Sequence record: MN563784.1
Length of the DNA: 64,000 bases
Reading direction: 5' to 3' (one strand)
Shown here: positions 19,524-29,395 of the stretch, in pieces
How the letters are laid out: the number at the start of each line of letters is the position of its first letter
Numbering within the stretch: the stretch's first letter is position 1
The notes under the pieces: generated by a model
The model's input: the letters and a program-made list of their open reading frames with translations, nothing else
What the model was told of the DNA's origin: nothing
The model's database searches: none
Translations under genes and position numbers: made by a program

Positions 19524-19817
19524 ATGTATACAGTTACACTTGAACAAGTAGGACACCGTATACAGTCTAGTTTAAGTGCTTTTGTAATTAGACCGTTTGA
19601 AAATACCATTACGCATAATGATACGTCTTATTACTTGATTATGGGTAAAGATGATTTCGATAACATGCACATGGAATGGCGAGATGTAGCTGTAGCTGAT
19701 AGTCAAGCCGTTATAATTGCTACATACACTCCATCAAAAAACTCATTTAATCTTGTAAAAAATGAATTAGGTATTCCGGTTGAAATCAAATACAAACGGA
19801 TAGAGGTTGATCTGTGA
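19524..19817 (+). CDS. hypothetical protein
   Basis: AGGAGG RBS. Confidence 0.8.
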   Translation: MYTVTLEQVGHRIQSSLSAFVIRPFENTITHNDTSYYLIMGKDDFDNMHMEWRDVAVADSQAVIIATYTPSKNSFNLVKNELGIPVEIKYKRIEVDL

Positions 19818-19844
19818 TTATTAGTAAGACTAGAGGAATAAAGT

Positions 19845-20045
19845 ATGGATCGTCTTGATGAAAGAATCGCATTCAGTGTAAAGTCGTACAAAATTTTCAA
19901 TGCTCTCACCCATGGTCGAGTTCGGGCATTGATTATTAACTTTAAAGATGGTAAGGGTACGATCGTATCTATTAGTGATGAGCGCCGCCATGATAAACAT
20001 CTCTGGTTCAACTGTGGACTAGTAGACAATCCGAGGATCAAGTAA
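19845..20045 (+). CDS. hypothetical protein
   Basis: GAGG RBS; TAATG coupling to thyA. Confidence 0.7.
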   Translation: MDRLDERIAFSVKSYKIFNALTHGRVRALIINFKDGKGTIVSISDERRHDKHLWFNCGLVDNPRIK

Positions 20046-21511
20046 TGGAACAATATCTTAATTCAATCCGTTTAGTTAAAGAACACGGTGTACATAAAGG
20101 TGACCGTACTGGTACTGGTACTCAGAGCATGTTTGGTCAACAAGAACGTTATAGTCTGCGTAATAATCAGCTACCAGTTGTAACCACCAAGAAGATTCAT
20201 CTAGCTTCTGTAATTCATGAATTGTTCTGGATGCTGTCAGGTGATACTAAGGTGGATTACCTGATCGCTAATGGTGTACGCATCTGGAACGAGTGGGTTA
20301 AACCTGAAACCGCAGTATATGAGCCGATGACCGATGAGGCCGTTCTTAAAGCAGTAACTGCCCTCATTGGTGCCCCATTCGTAATGTACTTACATTGTAT
20401 GAACGATGACTCTACTCCATTCATTGAGACTGTAGCGGAATTCGAGTCGGGTATGACTCCAGAGACTATTCAGGCCTTCTGGGATGAATATCCAGTTAAC
20501 CGTGAGGAAATCCAATACATCATTGGAGTTAGCGTAACGTCGTGGAATAGGTTCGCTACTGAAGGGTTCGATGAAGCCAAAAATCCTGAAGGTATTCGTG
20601 CTGAATATAACAAGCGACTGTATCGTGCTTTGATGCATAAAGAACCAGAGCGTCTGGTCGGCGGCGATCTAGGTGCTGTTTACGGTAAGACATGGCGTAA
20701 TCTTGAAGACACTCGTGTAATCCCTAAATATGAGTGGTTTGATTATGAGAAGCGTGGTTTTGACTTCGTGGCGGATATCCCAGGTACAACCATGGAAACC
20801 GATAGATGCGTGGTTACTCGACGTATCGACCAAATCCAAGACATCATCGATCAACTTCGCACCAACCCGGATTCTCGTCGGATCATTGTTTGTGCATGGG
20901 CGCCACATCTTATTGATGAGCAGGCACTCCCACCTTGCCACGCATTTATTCAGTTCTGGACCCGTGAACTGACCGTAGATGAACGAGTGCAAGCTCTAGA
21001 CCAAACCCAGTTCGAAGCTGATGCTTATCATGATAAGATTAGTGGTGAGATTACTCGTGGTCAACCTCCATTCGATAGTGCTGAGCAGGTTAAAGCACTT
21101 CTGCGTGTCTGTCGTGGTTATGAAAAGGCTACAGATGAAGCAGTAGTAGAATGGCTGGATCAACATGGTGCTCCGAAACGAGCCATCAGTTGTCAACTCT
21201 ATCAAAGATCTTGTGATACTTTCTTAGGAAAACCCTTTAACATCACATTCTATAGTCTGCTGACTCACATGTTAGCTAACCAAATGAATATGATTGCTGA
21301 AGAGTTTATCTGGACTGGTGGTGATGTACATATTTACTCTAATCACCAAGAACAGACTGATCTTCAATTAACTCGTGAACCGAAGGTTCTACCAACTATT
21401 CGTTTCAAACAAGAAGCTATTGGTAAAGATATTCGGGAAATTGGTGTAGATGATTTTGTTATCGAAAACTACGAATATCATTCACACATTGCTGGTAAAG
21501 TTGCTGTCTAA
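20045..21511 (+). CDS. thyA: thymidylate synthase with three in-frame insertions
   Basis: DRTGTGT, VTTKK, ELFWMLSG, IWNEW, GDLGAVYG, DSRR, LPPCH, YQRSCD, GDVHIYSNH. Confidence 0.97.
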   Translation: MEQYLNSIRLVKEHGVHKGDRTGTGTQSMFGQQERYSLRNNQLPVVTTKKIHLASVIHELFWMLSGDTKVDYLIANGVRIWNEWVKPETAVYEPMTDEAVLKAVTALIGAPFVMYLHCMNDDSTPFIETVAEFESGMTPETIQAFWDEYPVNREEIQYIIGVSVTSWNRFATEGFDEAKNPEGIRAEYNKRLYRALMHKEPERLVGGDLGAVYGKTWRNLEDTRVIPKYEWFDYEKRGFDFVADIPGTTMETDRCVVTRRIDQIQDIIDQLRTNPDSRRIIVCAWAPHLIDEQALPPCHAFIQFWTRELTVDERVQALDQTQFEADAYHDKISGEITRGQPPFDSAEQVKALLRVCRGYEKATDEAVVEWLDQHGAPKRAISCQLYQRSCDTFLGKPFNITFYSLLTHMLANQMNMIAEEFIWTGGDVHIYSNHQEQTDLQLTREPKVLPTIRFKQEAIGKDIREIGVDDFVIENYEYHSHIAGKVAV

Positions 21512-21644
21512 CATAAATGCCTCCCTTTGGGGAGGCTTTATTTCCCTATGGTTCATTTGGGATATTCAGCGAATACTACTATGCACAGACTCCTGCCTAG
21601 TGGACCGATGTAGTACGTAAATACAATACAAAGGAATTTGTCCT

Positions 21645-22052
21645 ATGAACAACACTGAACTGAAGCGTCAACTTGAAATGGTTATTGAACTGATGGGGGT
21701 CTTTCCTGATCCTCTCACGATCGGTATCGCCGGTAATAGAGTAACCAAAGAAACTCGCTGTAGCCTTTTTAACGGAAAAGATCCAGGTGAAGAGTTTAGT
21801 ATTGGTCTTGGTATCAGTAGTCGCAAGCAATGGTTGAAGCTTGCAGATCATGCACTGATTCTTACTAAGCCCGAGAAAGAGCCTATTGTCATCCCGTACG
21901 AGGCTATATGCGAACTATCGGCACCACTGAAATTCGAAGAGGAACTTGTGAGCAAAGGTTGGTTTGTATACAACTTGCTGGGTACATCGATGTTCATGTA
22001 TCTGGACACAGGTAAAGAAGAAAAACTCAAATTTGAAAAGGTTGGTGGATAA
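21645..22052 (+). CDS. hypothetical protein
   Basis: AAGGA RBS. Confidence 0.8.
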   Translation: MNNTELKRQLEMVIELMGVFPDPLTIGIAGNRVTKETRCSLFNGKDPGEEFSIGLGISSRKQWLKLADHALILTKPEKEPIVIPYEAICELSAPLKFEEELVSKGWFVYNLLGTSMFMYLDTGKEEKLKFEKVGG

Positions 22053-22885
22053 TGGATCAACGTCATCCAGTTAACGATGAGATGCGGGTAACGATTAATG
22101 TAGAACTAGACCGTATCGAAAAGAAATATGGTGTAAAGATTATTTATGCTTGTGAGTCCGGTAGTCGTGGATGGGGCTTTGCTTCAACTAATAGTGACTA
22201 TGACGTTCGTTTCATTTACGTTAACCATCCGAGTCATTATGTTCGTGTGGATAATGAAGCACGTGATACTATTGAAGAGATGGTGTCTAAAGAACTAGAC
22301 CTAGCTGGTTGGAGTATCACTAAGACTCTTCAGCTTGCTTACAAGTCTAACCCCACTCTCTTGGAATGGCTAAACTCCCCAATCGTTTACCGTAAGGTTG
22401 ATCGGGACTACAAGTTAATCCGTGATGCTGCGCTAAAGCACTTCATCCCTGAATCGAGTTACATGCACTATATCTCGATGGCCAAACAAACCAAAATGCG
22501 TTGGTTGTCAGATGAGAAGATCCGGATGAAGAAATACTTCTATTCTCTTCGTCCTCTGTTGGCTGCAATGTGGGTCCGTGAAAGTCTGGAACATCCGCCG
22601 ATGGTATTCCATGACCTACTGCCTCTTCTGTCAGATCCTATCCTTTATAAACGTATCCAAGAACTGGTTAATGATAAGGTTGGGTCTATTGAACAGGATC
22701 TGATAGATCGTTGCCCTATATTAGATCAGTTCATCGATTTTCAATTGAGTCGTGAGAAACCAGACTTCGGTAAATACGAACGTCCGGACATCTATACACT
22801 TACCGATCTAGCCTGGCATTTTGTTGACCAATACAAGCTCGACACATTCGCGAAACTACAGGATATCGAACGAAGAAAATATTAG
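22052..22885 (+). CDS. Pol-beta nucleotidyltransferase, YcgL/RlaP type
   Basis: YACESGSRGWGFASTNSDYDVRFIY, DLAGW, KSNPTLLEWLNSPIVY, KKYFY.LRPLLA. Confidence 0.9.
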   Translation: MDQRHPVNDEMRVTINVELDRIEKKYGVKIIYACESGSRGWGFASTNSDYDVRFIYVNHPSHYVRVDNEARDTIEEMVSKELDLAGWSITKTLQLAYKSNPTLLEWLNSPIVYRKVDRDYKLIRDAALKHFIPESSYMHYISMAKQTKMRWLSDEKIRMKKYFYSLRPLLAAMWVRESLEHPPMVFHDLLPLLSDPILYKRIQELVNDKVGSIEQDLIDRCPILDQFIDFQLSREKPDFGKYERPDIYTLTDLAWHFVDQYKLDTFAKLQDIERRKY

Positions 22886-22934
22886 TCAATAAAGAAAAAA
22901 GTTTAATACCATCTTATTAAAAGGAAAATATTTT

Positions 22935-23435
22935 ATGCTATTTAAAGATGAACTATGCATCGAAAATATCTTAGTAAAAGAAAAACTATATCTAGTTAGA
23001 AATATTGGTAGGAATCGTGAGGTATATCCTAATCCAAAAGTAACATATAAAGATATTAAGGAATTCACTAAAATGTATGGTGTGATTCCAATGCAATTCT
23101 TAGGGCCGCTACTTCATGAAATCGTTGAACGAGAAGATTTCGCCTTAAAAGGAAAAGAAGCACAGAAATTCATTGATGATAATCCTTATACTTTAATTGA
23201 ATATGGTAGCAGTTTTCATATTTACTACATTATTCGTAATTATATTATCCCAACTACTACTGATCCAGATTGTAATAAATTCACTATTAATCTTTATAAG
23301 TATAAAGAATTTCTAGAAGAGGTTACTAATAGGTTAAACATGCCACCTTTTTTGGACACCAGTGAACCTTATCGTAATTTCTTACTGACAATGCAAGAAA
23401 GTCTACGTACCATCCAGGATATTGTGGAAAATTAA
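22935..23435 (+). CDS. hypothetical protein
   Basis: AAGGA RBS. Confidence 0.8.
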   Translation: MLFKDELCIENILVKEKLYLVRNIGRNREVYPNPKVTYKDIKEFTKMYGVIPMQFLGPLLHEIVEREDFALKGKEAQKFIDDNPYTLIEYGSSFHIYYIIRNYIIPTTTDPDCNKFTINLYKYKEFLEEVTNRLNMPPFLDTSEPYRNFLLTMQESLRTIQDIVEN

Positions 23436-23534
23436 TGAAGTTTAGAATGTTAAAAGTTAATGTATTAAATTTACTCTACTACATACTTTACCCTACTCCA
23501 TATTGGGGTAGGGGTATTAAGGTGGAGTATAAAT

Positions 23535-23828
23535 ATGTCAAGCAACAAACTATCTGCACAACTTAATCGTCATCACAATACTCGTATAGTTAATTATTAT
23601 GTTTCACTAGCCGAGAGTCGTTATAATGACACTAATCCTTCAGCAAAGGCTAAAGGTAAATGGCGTAAACATAATCCGTTTAACTGCGGTAGGTCTCGTT
23701 GTATGCTATGTGGTAATCCGCGTAAACATTGGAATAGGATTACTCTTAATGAATTAAAAATAAATATTTCATTAAAAGAGCAACTCAATGATCTTTATGT
23801 AGATTATACTACGCTGACTGAGGATTAA
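23535..23828 (+). CDS. basic protein with Cys cluster (C-x4-C-x2-C-x-NPRK)
   Basis: GGAG RBS; CGRSRCMLCGNPRKH. Confidence 0.75.
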   Translation: MSSNKLSAQLNRHHNTRIVNYYVSLAESRYNDTNPSAKAKGKWRKHNPFNCGRSRCMLCGNPRKHWNRITLNELKINISLKEQLNDLYVDYTTLTED

Positions 23829-23899
23829 ATTATGCATGAAGAATATGAAGCAATTTAATAGTTTAGATTAACCATTTGAAATAAATTTGGAATTAGCAA

Positions 23900-24022
23900 A
23901 TGAAAGTTAAAAATAAGCAACAGCCTAAGTTTGTCAATCTAGCTACTATGCAAGCTGCTTGGCGGCTTAATAATGCAGAACTCAAAGCTAAACGTGAAGC
24001 TAAAGAAAAGCAAAAAGAATAA
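23900..24022 (+). CDS. 40-aa basic peptide (not in ORF track)
   Basis: MKVKNKQQPKFVNLATMQAAWRLNNAELKAKREAKEKQKE, ends before terminator. Confidence 0.5.
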   Translation: MKVKNKQQPKFVNLATMQAAWRLNNAELKAKREAKEKQKE

Positions 24023-24163
24023 AACTATTTAGTTGCATAAAGAGAGAGGAATTTATCCTCTCTCTTTTTATGTTGTTTTATAATTTGTATACTACAGGTA
24101 TATTTCAATATGGAATCTTACTTACACGTACCATTCTAGATAGAAATATCCTAACTGATATGT

Positions 24164-24691
24164 TTGTTCTTTATTCTCGGATCACTGAACCTAAAGAGGA
24201 TTTTTAAGATGGTTGAGCATTTAAATAAAGATAACTTCTTTTCATGGGGTGCTGTAGTAGGTGGTGCGCTATTACAGTATTTTGAAAATGGTAAACTTGA
24301 AGGTGGGTATGATATATTTAAATTCAGTGATGATGTCAACGGCCTAGTTATTACAGGTGGTATAACGCATCGAAAAAATATCGGGATCCTGAATGGTCAA
24401 GGTGATGATGAAGATCTGTTTTTAGTATTTGTCATAAGTAATACCAATAATCCATATGTCGTATGGTATTATGATATTTATAAAGATAATGAAGGTATTT
24501 GTTTTACGAATGCTTCACCTACCAGTGGTCGTATTTTTAAATCAGATACTGATGAAAATAATGACCTGTCGATAAGTCAATTACTTAAAGTAGTTAAATA
24601 CCTAGTAGATGAACGAGTTCGTTTAAATAAAAATATAGTTAATTTACCAGGTTATGAAATCATTGAAGAAGATAAAGACTTTCAACTATAA
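24164..24691 (+). CDS. hypothetical protein (start uncertain)
   Basis: GAGG upstream of internal ATG (MVEHL). Confidence 0.75.
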   Translation: MFFILGSLNLKRIFKMVEHLNKDNFFSWGAVVGGALLQYFENGKLEGGYDIFKFSDDVNGLVITGGITHRKNIGILNGQGDDEDLFLVFVISNTNNPYVVWYYDIYKDNEGICFTNASPTSGRIFKSDTDENNDLSISQLLKVVKYLVDERVRLNKNIVNLPGYEIIEEDKDFQL

Positions 24692-24747
24692 TAAGTCTTT
24701 TACAAAGTCACCATAAAGTCCTCCCTTCGGGGAGGCTTTATATTTTA

Positions 24748-24790
24748 TTTTTTGTATTCAAACATATTTTAACAGTATATTACTAATGTG
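24748..24790 (+). promoter_or_regulatory. early promoter
   Basis: ttttttgtattcaaacatattttaacag-TATATTAC (24776-83). Confidence 0.8.
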
Positions 24791-24819
24791 AATTCAATCT
24801 TGAAAAAAGGAGATATGTC

Positions 24820-25149
24820 ATGAATATGTCAACTATTTCCACTGGTGTTCTGGTGCTTGGTGGTATTGCATTTGGTTACCATCTCTTTGATGGGGCACGT
24901 TCCATTTATAAAGAATGGTCGATGGAATACATTTACAAAAAGCAAATGGCTAAGGTAAAGGAGCAGCTTACCGAATATGAAAACAAGTATGTTGAGATTC
25001 CATCAATAGCTGAAATAAATATCTATATCGAACCAGTTCTAACTGAAGCTTTAAATAAACTTGATCGGTATAGTTACAACTGCTTCTTACATGATGTCGA
25101 ACAGTACATCGAGTTTATTATTGATAATTATCGTGTAGTTAATCGATAA
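24820..25149 (+). CDS. monocistronic early TM-anchored protein
   Basis: AGGAG RBS; VLVLGGIAFGYHLF then coiled coil; own promoter and terminator. Confidence 0.85.
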   Translation: MNMSTISTGVLVLGGIAFGYHLFDGARSIYKEWSMEYIYKKQMAKVKEQLTEYENKYVEIPSIAEINIYIEPVLTEALNKLDRYSYNCFLHDVEQYIEFIIDNYRVVNR

Positions 25150-25161
25150 TAAGAGCATATG

Positions 25162-25206
25162 GCCCTCCCTTCGGGGAGGGCTATTGCACTAAATTTTATT
25201 TGAGAT
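25162..25206 (+). repeat. 45-bp terminator+promoter cassette, second copy; TATATTAC at 25208
   Basis: Identical to 10043-10087. Confidence 0.92.
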
Positions 25207-25260
25207 ATATATTACATGTGTGTATTACAAAATCAAATTAATGTGTCGAGGTTTTAATAG

Positions 25261-25698
25261 ATGGACGTAGTTACTAACATTTGGGAGGACGTTCTTACGA
25301 ACGTGCATCACAAACTAAAGGTAATGGCCACTACTGCTGGCGATGTCATTCATATAGTGGAACCCAAATTAAATGAAATGATTAAATCGAATATTAATCA
25401 ACTACAGACAGAAAGGTATAGTCTTAGTTTAAACAAAACTAAAGACAATAAATACTACGCAAAATACCATGATAATCATCATGGCTGGGATGTTTATTTA
25501 TTTGTTGAACAAACTAGGTATGGGGCTATTGTTGGTAGTGGATTACGCCATCGTGCTAAAGAAGCTTGGGGTCTTAATAAATTCAGAGAATATAATCTTA
25601 TCAAAGTAAGGTGTACTCGACAAAATAGTGTTGTTGATAGTATTGTCTTCTTCGACGATCCATCTGAATATTTTCTTAGAACTGTAAATAAATTTTAA
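25261..25698 (+). CDS. hypothetical protein
   Basis: GAGGT RBS. Confidence 0.75.
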   Translation: MDVVTNIWEDVLTNVHHKLKVMATTAGDVIHIVEPKLNEMIKSNINQLQTERYSLSLNKTKDNKYYAKYHDNHHGWDVYLFVEQTRYGAIVGSGLRHRAKEAWGLNKFREYNLIKVRCTRQNSVVDSIVFFDDPSEYFLRTVNKF

Positions 25699-25718
25699 AT
25701 TAACTAAAAGGTAAAAAA

Positions 25719-26618
25719 ATGAATAATCTACAAGTTAATACCACTATTAAAGAATTACATAAACTTCTAATCTGTAATATTATTGATGGTAAACTAATTG
25801 AATATAATGACATTGTGAAAGAACTGAAAATTACTAATGATGAATTAGATAATCTACTAATAGCTATTTCAAAGCTATCTGATACACCAATTAATAATAT
25901 CTTTAAATCACTTTCACTAGCAATTGATCTACGTACAATTACATCCGTCATTGAAAAACTTAGTAATTCTACGAAACTATCTAAAAAAGAAATCCAGCTA
26001 GATCTGTTAACTAGGTTAGGAATAAAAGATAATTATTTTTCGAATAGTTTTACTAATGTGTATCATGAACTAAGTGATATTATCAAAAAGCTTGAATATA
26101 GTGATAAACTATATCAATCAGATTATCAAAACTTTATTATTGATAAAGTAACTAGTCATTTTAAAGATGTATTATATTCAGCTGGTTATGCAATCAATGA
26201 TATTTATAAGTACACTGATTCTAAAGTAGTTAATGTAGATAAAAATGGACTATTGGTAGGTATGAGTATTACCAATTATAGCTTCCATAATAAGGATGAA
26301 CCAATTAGGACTATTGGTTTTTCATTAATTGATAAAACCGAGCGTTGTGTTGGAAAATCTGAAACTATTAAAAAGTTTGATGTTGAAGATTTTCTTAATA
26401 CAATGGATACTATCAATATTAATCATAATGATATTATGTTTTTCTCAAAGCAGTATCGAGAAAAAGACTTAGCCATTCATAATGCGATCATGAATGAATT
26501 TAAGGTGAACAAGATTTCAAATGATACACGTGATAATATAATATCTTATCATATTGCCATGATGGGACATAACTGTATTATCTCATTTAATCACAGTGGG
26601 CTCCTATTAAAAATTTAA
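25719..26618 (+). CDS. hypothetical protein
   Basis: 299-aa ORF, AAGGT RBS. Confidence 0.8.
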
Positions 26619-26675
26619 TAGAATATTAATTAAAAATCATCTTATGTAGTCAATCTAATTAAGGAAACAAAAAGA

Positions 26676-27032
26676 ATGCCAACTTATATTGAATTAATCA
26701 ATATTGTCAATGACGATACTCCTGAAGATGATGCAGTTATTAGTGATCTGATGAGCCAAATGAATGATAAACAAACTGTTCTTGACAGTTGTCGTATCAA
26801 TCATAAAGGCTATGCTTATTTTAAGTTCCATGTTAAGGGATCAATTAGTAAGGATAAACTTAAGGCTCTAAATGAAACTTTAAAAGATTCTAATCTTGTT
26901 GTGACTGATGCTAGTACACAACGTGGTTTCATGCCACCTAATAAGTTTGATGATATCACTTATACTGAAGAGAGTGTTGGTTATAGGGCAATGGTCTGGA
27001 CAAGCTTCACTATTGAAAAGCTACTTGTATAA
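26676..27032 (+). CDS. late monocistronic gene, possible virion protein
   Basis: TATGTAG at 26643 and terminator 27034-27053. Confidence 0.75.
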   Translation: MPTYIELINIVNDDTPEDDAVISDLMSQMNDKQTVLDSCRINHKGYAYFKFHVKGSISKDKLKALNETLKDSNLVVTDASTQRGFMPPNKFDDITYTEESVGYRAMVWTSFTIEKLLV

Positions 27033-27082
27033 TAAGAGCCCTTCGGGGCTCTTTCTATTTCGCAATTAGGTATCTGTATTAA

Positions 27083-27517
27083 ATGGATAAGTATCCTATT
27101 CTACAAGCTATGTCTAAAGAAGAGGCATTTAGACTTTTAGACATACAAGGTGAGTTTAGAAAAACTCAAATGAAAGAAAGGTATTGGAATGAGGAAACTG
27201 GTCTATGGTGGTGGGAACAACATCCCGATGTGAAATTAAGGATAGTTGCCGCCTGCAATAGATGGAAGGATGTTTATTTCATTGCAGCGAGGCATTCATC
27301 AATCATAATGACTCAACAACAGCTAATGTATGGTGGTCTTAAGGTATTGCATGAATATGCAGGAGATGATCATGAACAAGGTTTTATTGATCAGTATGAA
27401 AACTTCCACTCTAGGGAAGAAGCAGTAATTATCGCTAAGAATAATAATCAGTTATATCGAGCTGAATTAGAAAATAGATTAGTAACTAAATATTTATTTA
27501 GTGAAGACCTATATTAG
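27083..27517 (+). CDS. conserved phage protein (RH...QGF...REEA...LFSEDLY family)
   Basis: Recognisable widespread phage hypothetical motif. Confidence 0.8.
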   Translation: MDKYPILQAMSKEEAFRLLDIQGEFRKTQMKERYWNEETGLWWWEQHPDVKLRIVAACNRWKDVYFIAARHSSIIMTQQQLMYGGLKVLHEYAGDDHEQGFIDQYENFHSREEAVIIAKNNNQLYRAELENRLVTKYLFSEDLY

Positions 27518-27547
27518 GTTTCCAATAATTTAAATAGGAATATAGCT

Positions 27548-28204
27548 ATGCTAATGAATGAAATTATCGATATTCTAGAAGGAGGGAAAGAGAATATTCT
27601 CTTAACTAACCATCTAGGTAATGGCAAATATTCCAATGCGGGTAATGCAATGGCTGCATCATATGCCATTGCGGCACATACTGCTGTTGGTCAATTGCGA
27701 GATGGTTCAGGAAAACCTTACTGGCATCATTTATTACAAGTAGCTGAGATGGCGCAATTATTCGACCTATCTCACGCTGCTTATAAAGCAGCATGGTTAC
27801 ATGATGTAATTGAGGATACTGCTGTAACTGCTTCTGATCTAACTAAACTATTCTCAATCCCTGTTGTTAATTTAGTAACTGAACTAACAAATGTAACTTA
27901 CGAAGGTAATCGTAAAACTAGGATTAGTTTACAACATGAAAGACTTTCTCGCATTTCATGGAGTGGTCAATCTCTTAAGTTACTAGATTCCATTTCAAAC
28001 ATGTGGTCGATTGTTAATGATAAGCCTGATTTTGCTGAACTGTATCTGACTGAGAAAGCTCAACTAATCAGTAAGTTAAATAATTGTCACCCCGCTATTA
28101 AAGATCTGGCTATATCTGTTCTCTATGGCAGGTGTACTATGGTTGGTGGGGATGCACTAAAAGAATATAATAAACTATTTTCTGATAATGAAATTGTATG
28201 TTAA
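27548..28204 (+). CDS. RelA/SpoT-type HD hydrolase (small alarmone hydrolase/Mesh1-like)
   Basis: H...GQLRDGSGKPYWHH, AAWLHDVIEDT, LKLLDSISN. Confidence 0.85.
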   Translation: MLMNEIIDILEGGKENILLTNHLGNGKYSNAGNAMAASYAIAAHTAVGQLRDGSGKPYWHHLLQVAEMAQLFDLSHAAYKAAWLHDVIEDTAVTASDLTKLFSIPVVNLVTELTNVTYEGNRKTRISLQHERLSRISWSGQSLKLLDSISNMWSIVNDKPDFAELYLTEKAQLISKLNNCHPAIKDLAISVLYGRCTMVGGDALKEYNKLFSDNEIVC

Positions 28205-28252
28205 AATAATTACTTAATATACACCCTCCCTTCGGGGAGGGTTTTATTTATC

Positions 28253-28300
28253 TTTTTTTGTATTTAAACTATTTAAAAAGCTATATTACAAATATGAATT
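28253..28300 (+). promoter_or_regulatory. early promoter
   Basis: tttttttgtatttaaactatttaaaaagc-TATATTAC (28282-89) after terminator 28223-42. Confidence 0.8.
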
Positions 28301-28322
28301 TAATAACCAAGAGGGCAATACA

Positions 28323-28586
28323 ATGACTGAACGTTTGAAATCCGTATGGTGCGCTTGCAGCTTACTGCGTGAACGCTGGAGACACATCCAAGACATTGCT
28401 GTCGGGGATGAACATCATGTCATAGTAAAAAACGATATGCTGATGGTGTTTCGTGGTCAAGTACCGGTAGGTAGCATGTACCGGGGTGACAGTGACCCAC
28501 TCATCTACGAGGGTGGTGCACTGGAAGAATTTACTAAAGTTGTATTGGATTTAGAATTCAATACTCGTGGTGAAACCAATAGTTAA
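28323..28586 (+). CDS. hypothetical early protein
   Basis: GAGG RBS. Confidence 0.75.
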   Translation: MTERLKSVWCACSLLRERWRHIQDIAVGDEHHVIVKNDMLMVFRGQVPVGSMYRGDSDPLIYEGGALEEFTKVVLDLEFNTRGETNS

Positions 28587-28612
28587 TAAAATTAATTTTG
28601 AGGTAATTCATT

Positions 28613-29020
28613 ATGAAATATGTAATTGTATTTATGTTGTCTATTGTAACTATCACTGCTAACTCGGCTGTCATGTACACTAATCGTGATTCATGCATCG
28701 AGTTTGTAAAACAGGCAGATGAATTGTTTGTAAAAGGTGCATCTGTAACTGAAGTGCAAATGAAGACTTATGAAAGGATTCATTATATCCTTAATAACAC
28801 TAAAGATCTAAAGACCAACCAGTCTAAAGTTGAAGAACTCACTGGTCTATTTTACCTATGGTCTAAGGTAGATAAAATGGCAATTGAGGCAAGTTTGCCA
28901 CGTGCAACAAATGCTGCTAAAGTCTATAAGACCACTCCTGAGAAATTCATCATTGATGGTTATTTCCAGCGTTGTGTAGCGGCAGGTGCGTTTGAAGCAA
29001 AACCACTTACTCTAAAATAA
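28613..29020 (+). CDS. predicted exported two-Cys helical protein
   Basis: MKYVIVFMLSIVTITANS-A; DSC...QRC. Confidence 0.8.
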   Translation: MKYVIVFMLSIVTITANSAVMYTNRDSCIEFVKQADELFVKGASVTEVQMKTYERIHYILNNTKDLKTNQSKVEELTGLFYLWSKVDKMAIEASLPRATNAAKVYKTTPEKFIIDGYFQRCVAAGAFEAKPLTLK

Positions 29021-29032
29021 TGGAGGTACAAC

Positions 29033-29392
29033 ATGCTTAAGAATTGGCTATTATTCCTTTTCCTGCCAATCCTGTCCATTGCATGTCAGCCTGCCCACGC
29101 TGTAGAAGTGGGTATTACTAAGAAATCATGTAATGTGGCAGTAAATCTTTCACAAAAAGCAACTGAGCTTTATGATAAGAACCTATCCCAATTTGAGATA
29201 ATGATGCAGTTAGATATGATCTCTCGTAAGGATATGGATGACTTAGAGTTCTATGCAGGTACCGTATATGCTAAATTAAACTTAGTTGATATTCGCGTAA
29301 ATAAACGAAAAGGATTTACCAATGGAGCTATTCTAGATAGGCTAGCTGAAAACTGTGTTGAAGCAATTGGTACTAAATTTAACTTGGAGTAG
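29033..29392 (+). CDS. predicted exported two-Cys helical protein
   Basis: Signal ending AHA; KSC...ENC. Confidence 0.8.
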   Translation: MLKNWLLFLFLPILSIACQPAHAVEVGITKKSCNVAVNLSQKATELYDKNLSQFEIMMQLDMISRKDMDDLEFYAGTVYAKLNLVDIRVNKRKGFTNGAILDRLAENCVEAIGTKFNLE

Positions 29393-29395
29393 AAT

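Noticed and set aside
20390-21205. Nested and antisense ORFs inside thyA
   Set aside because: By-products of codon bias; no RBS or recognisable motifs
20045-21511. Intron or intein in thyA
   Set aside because: Frame is continuous, with no group I core, homing nuclease motif or intein termini
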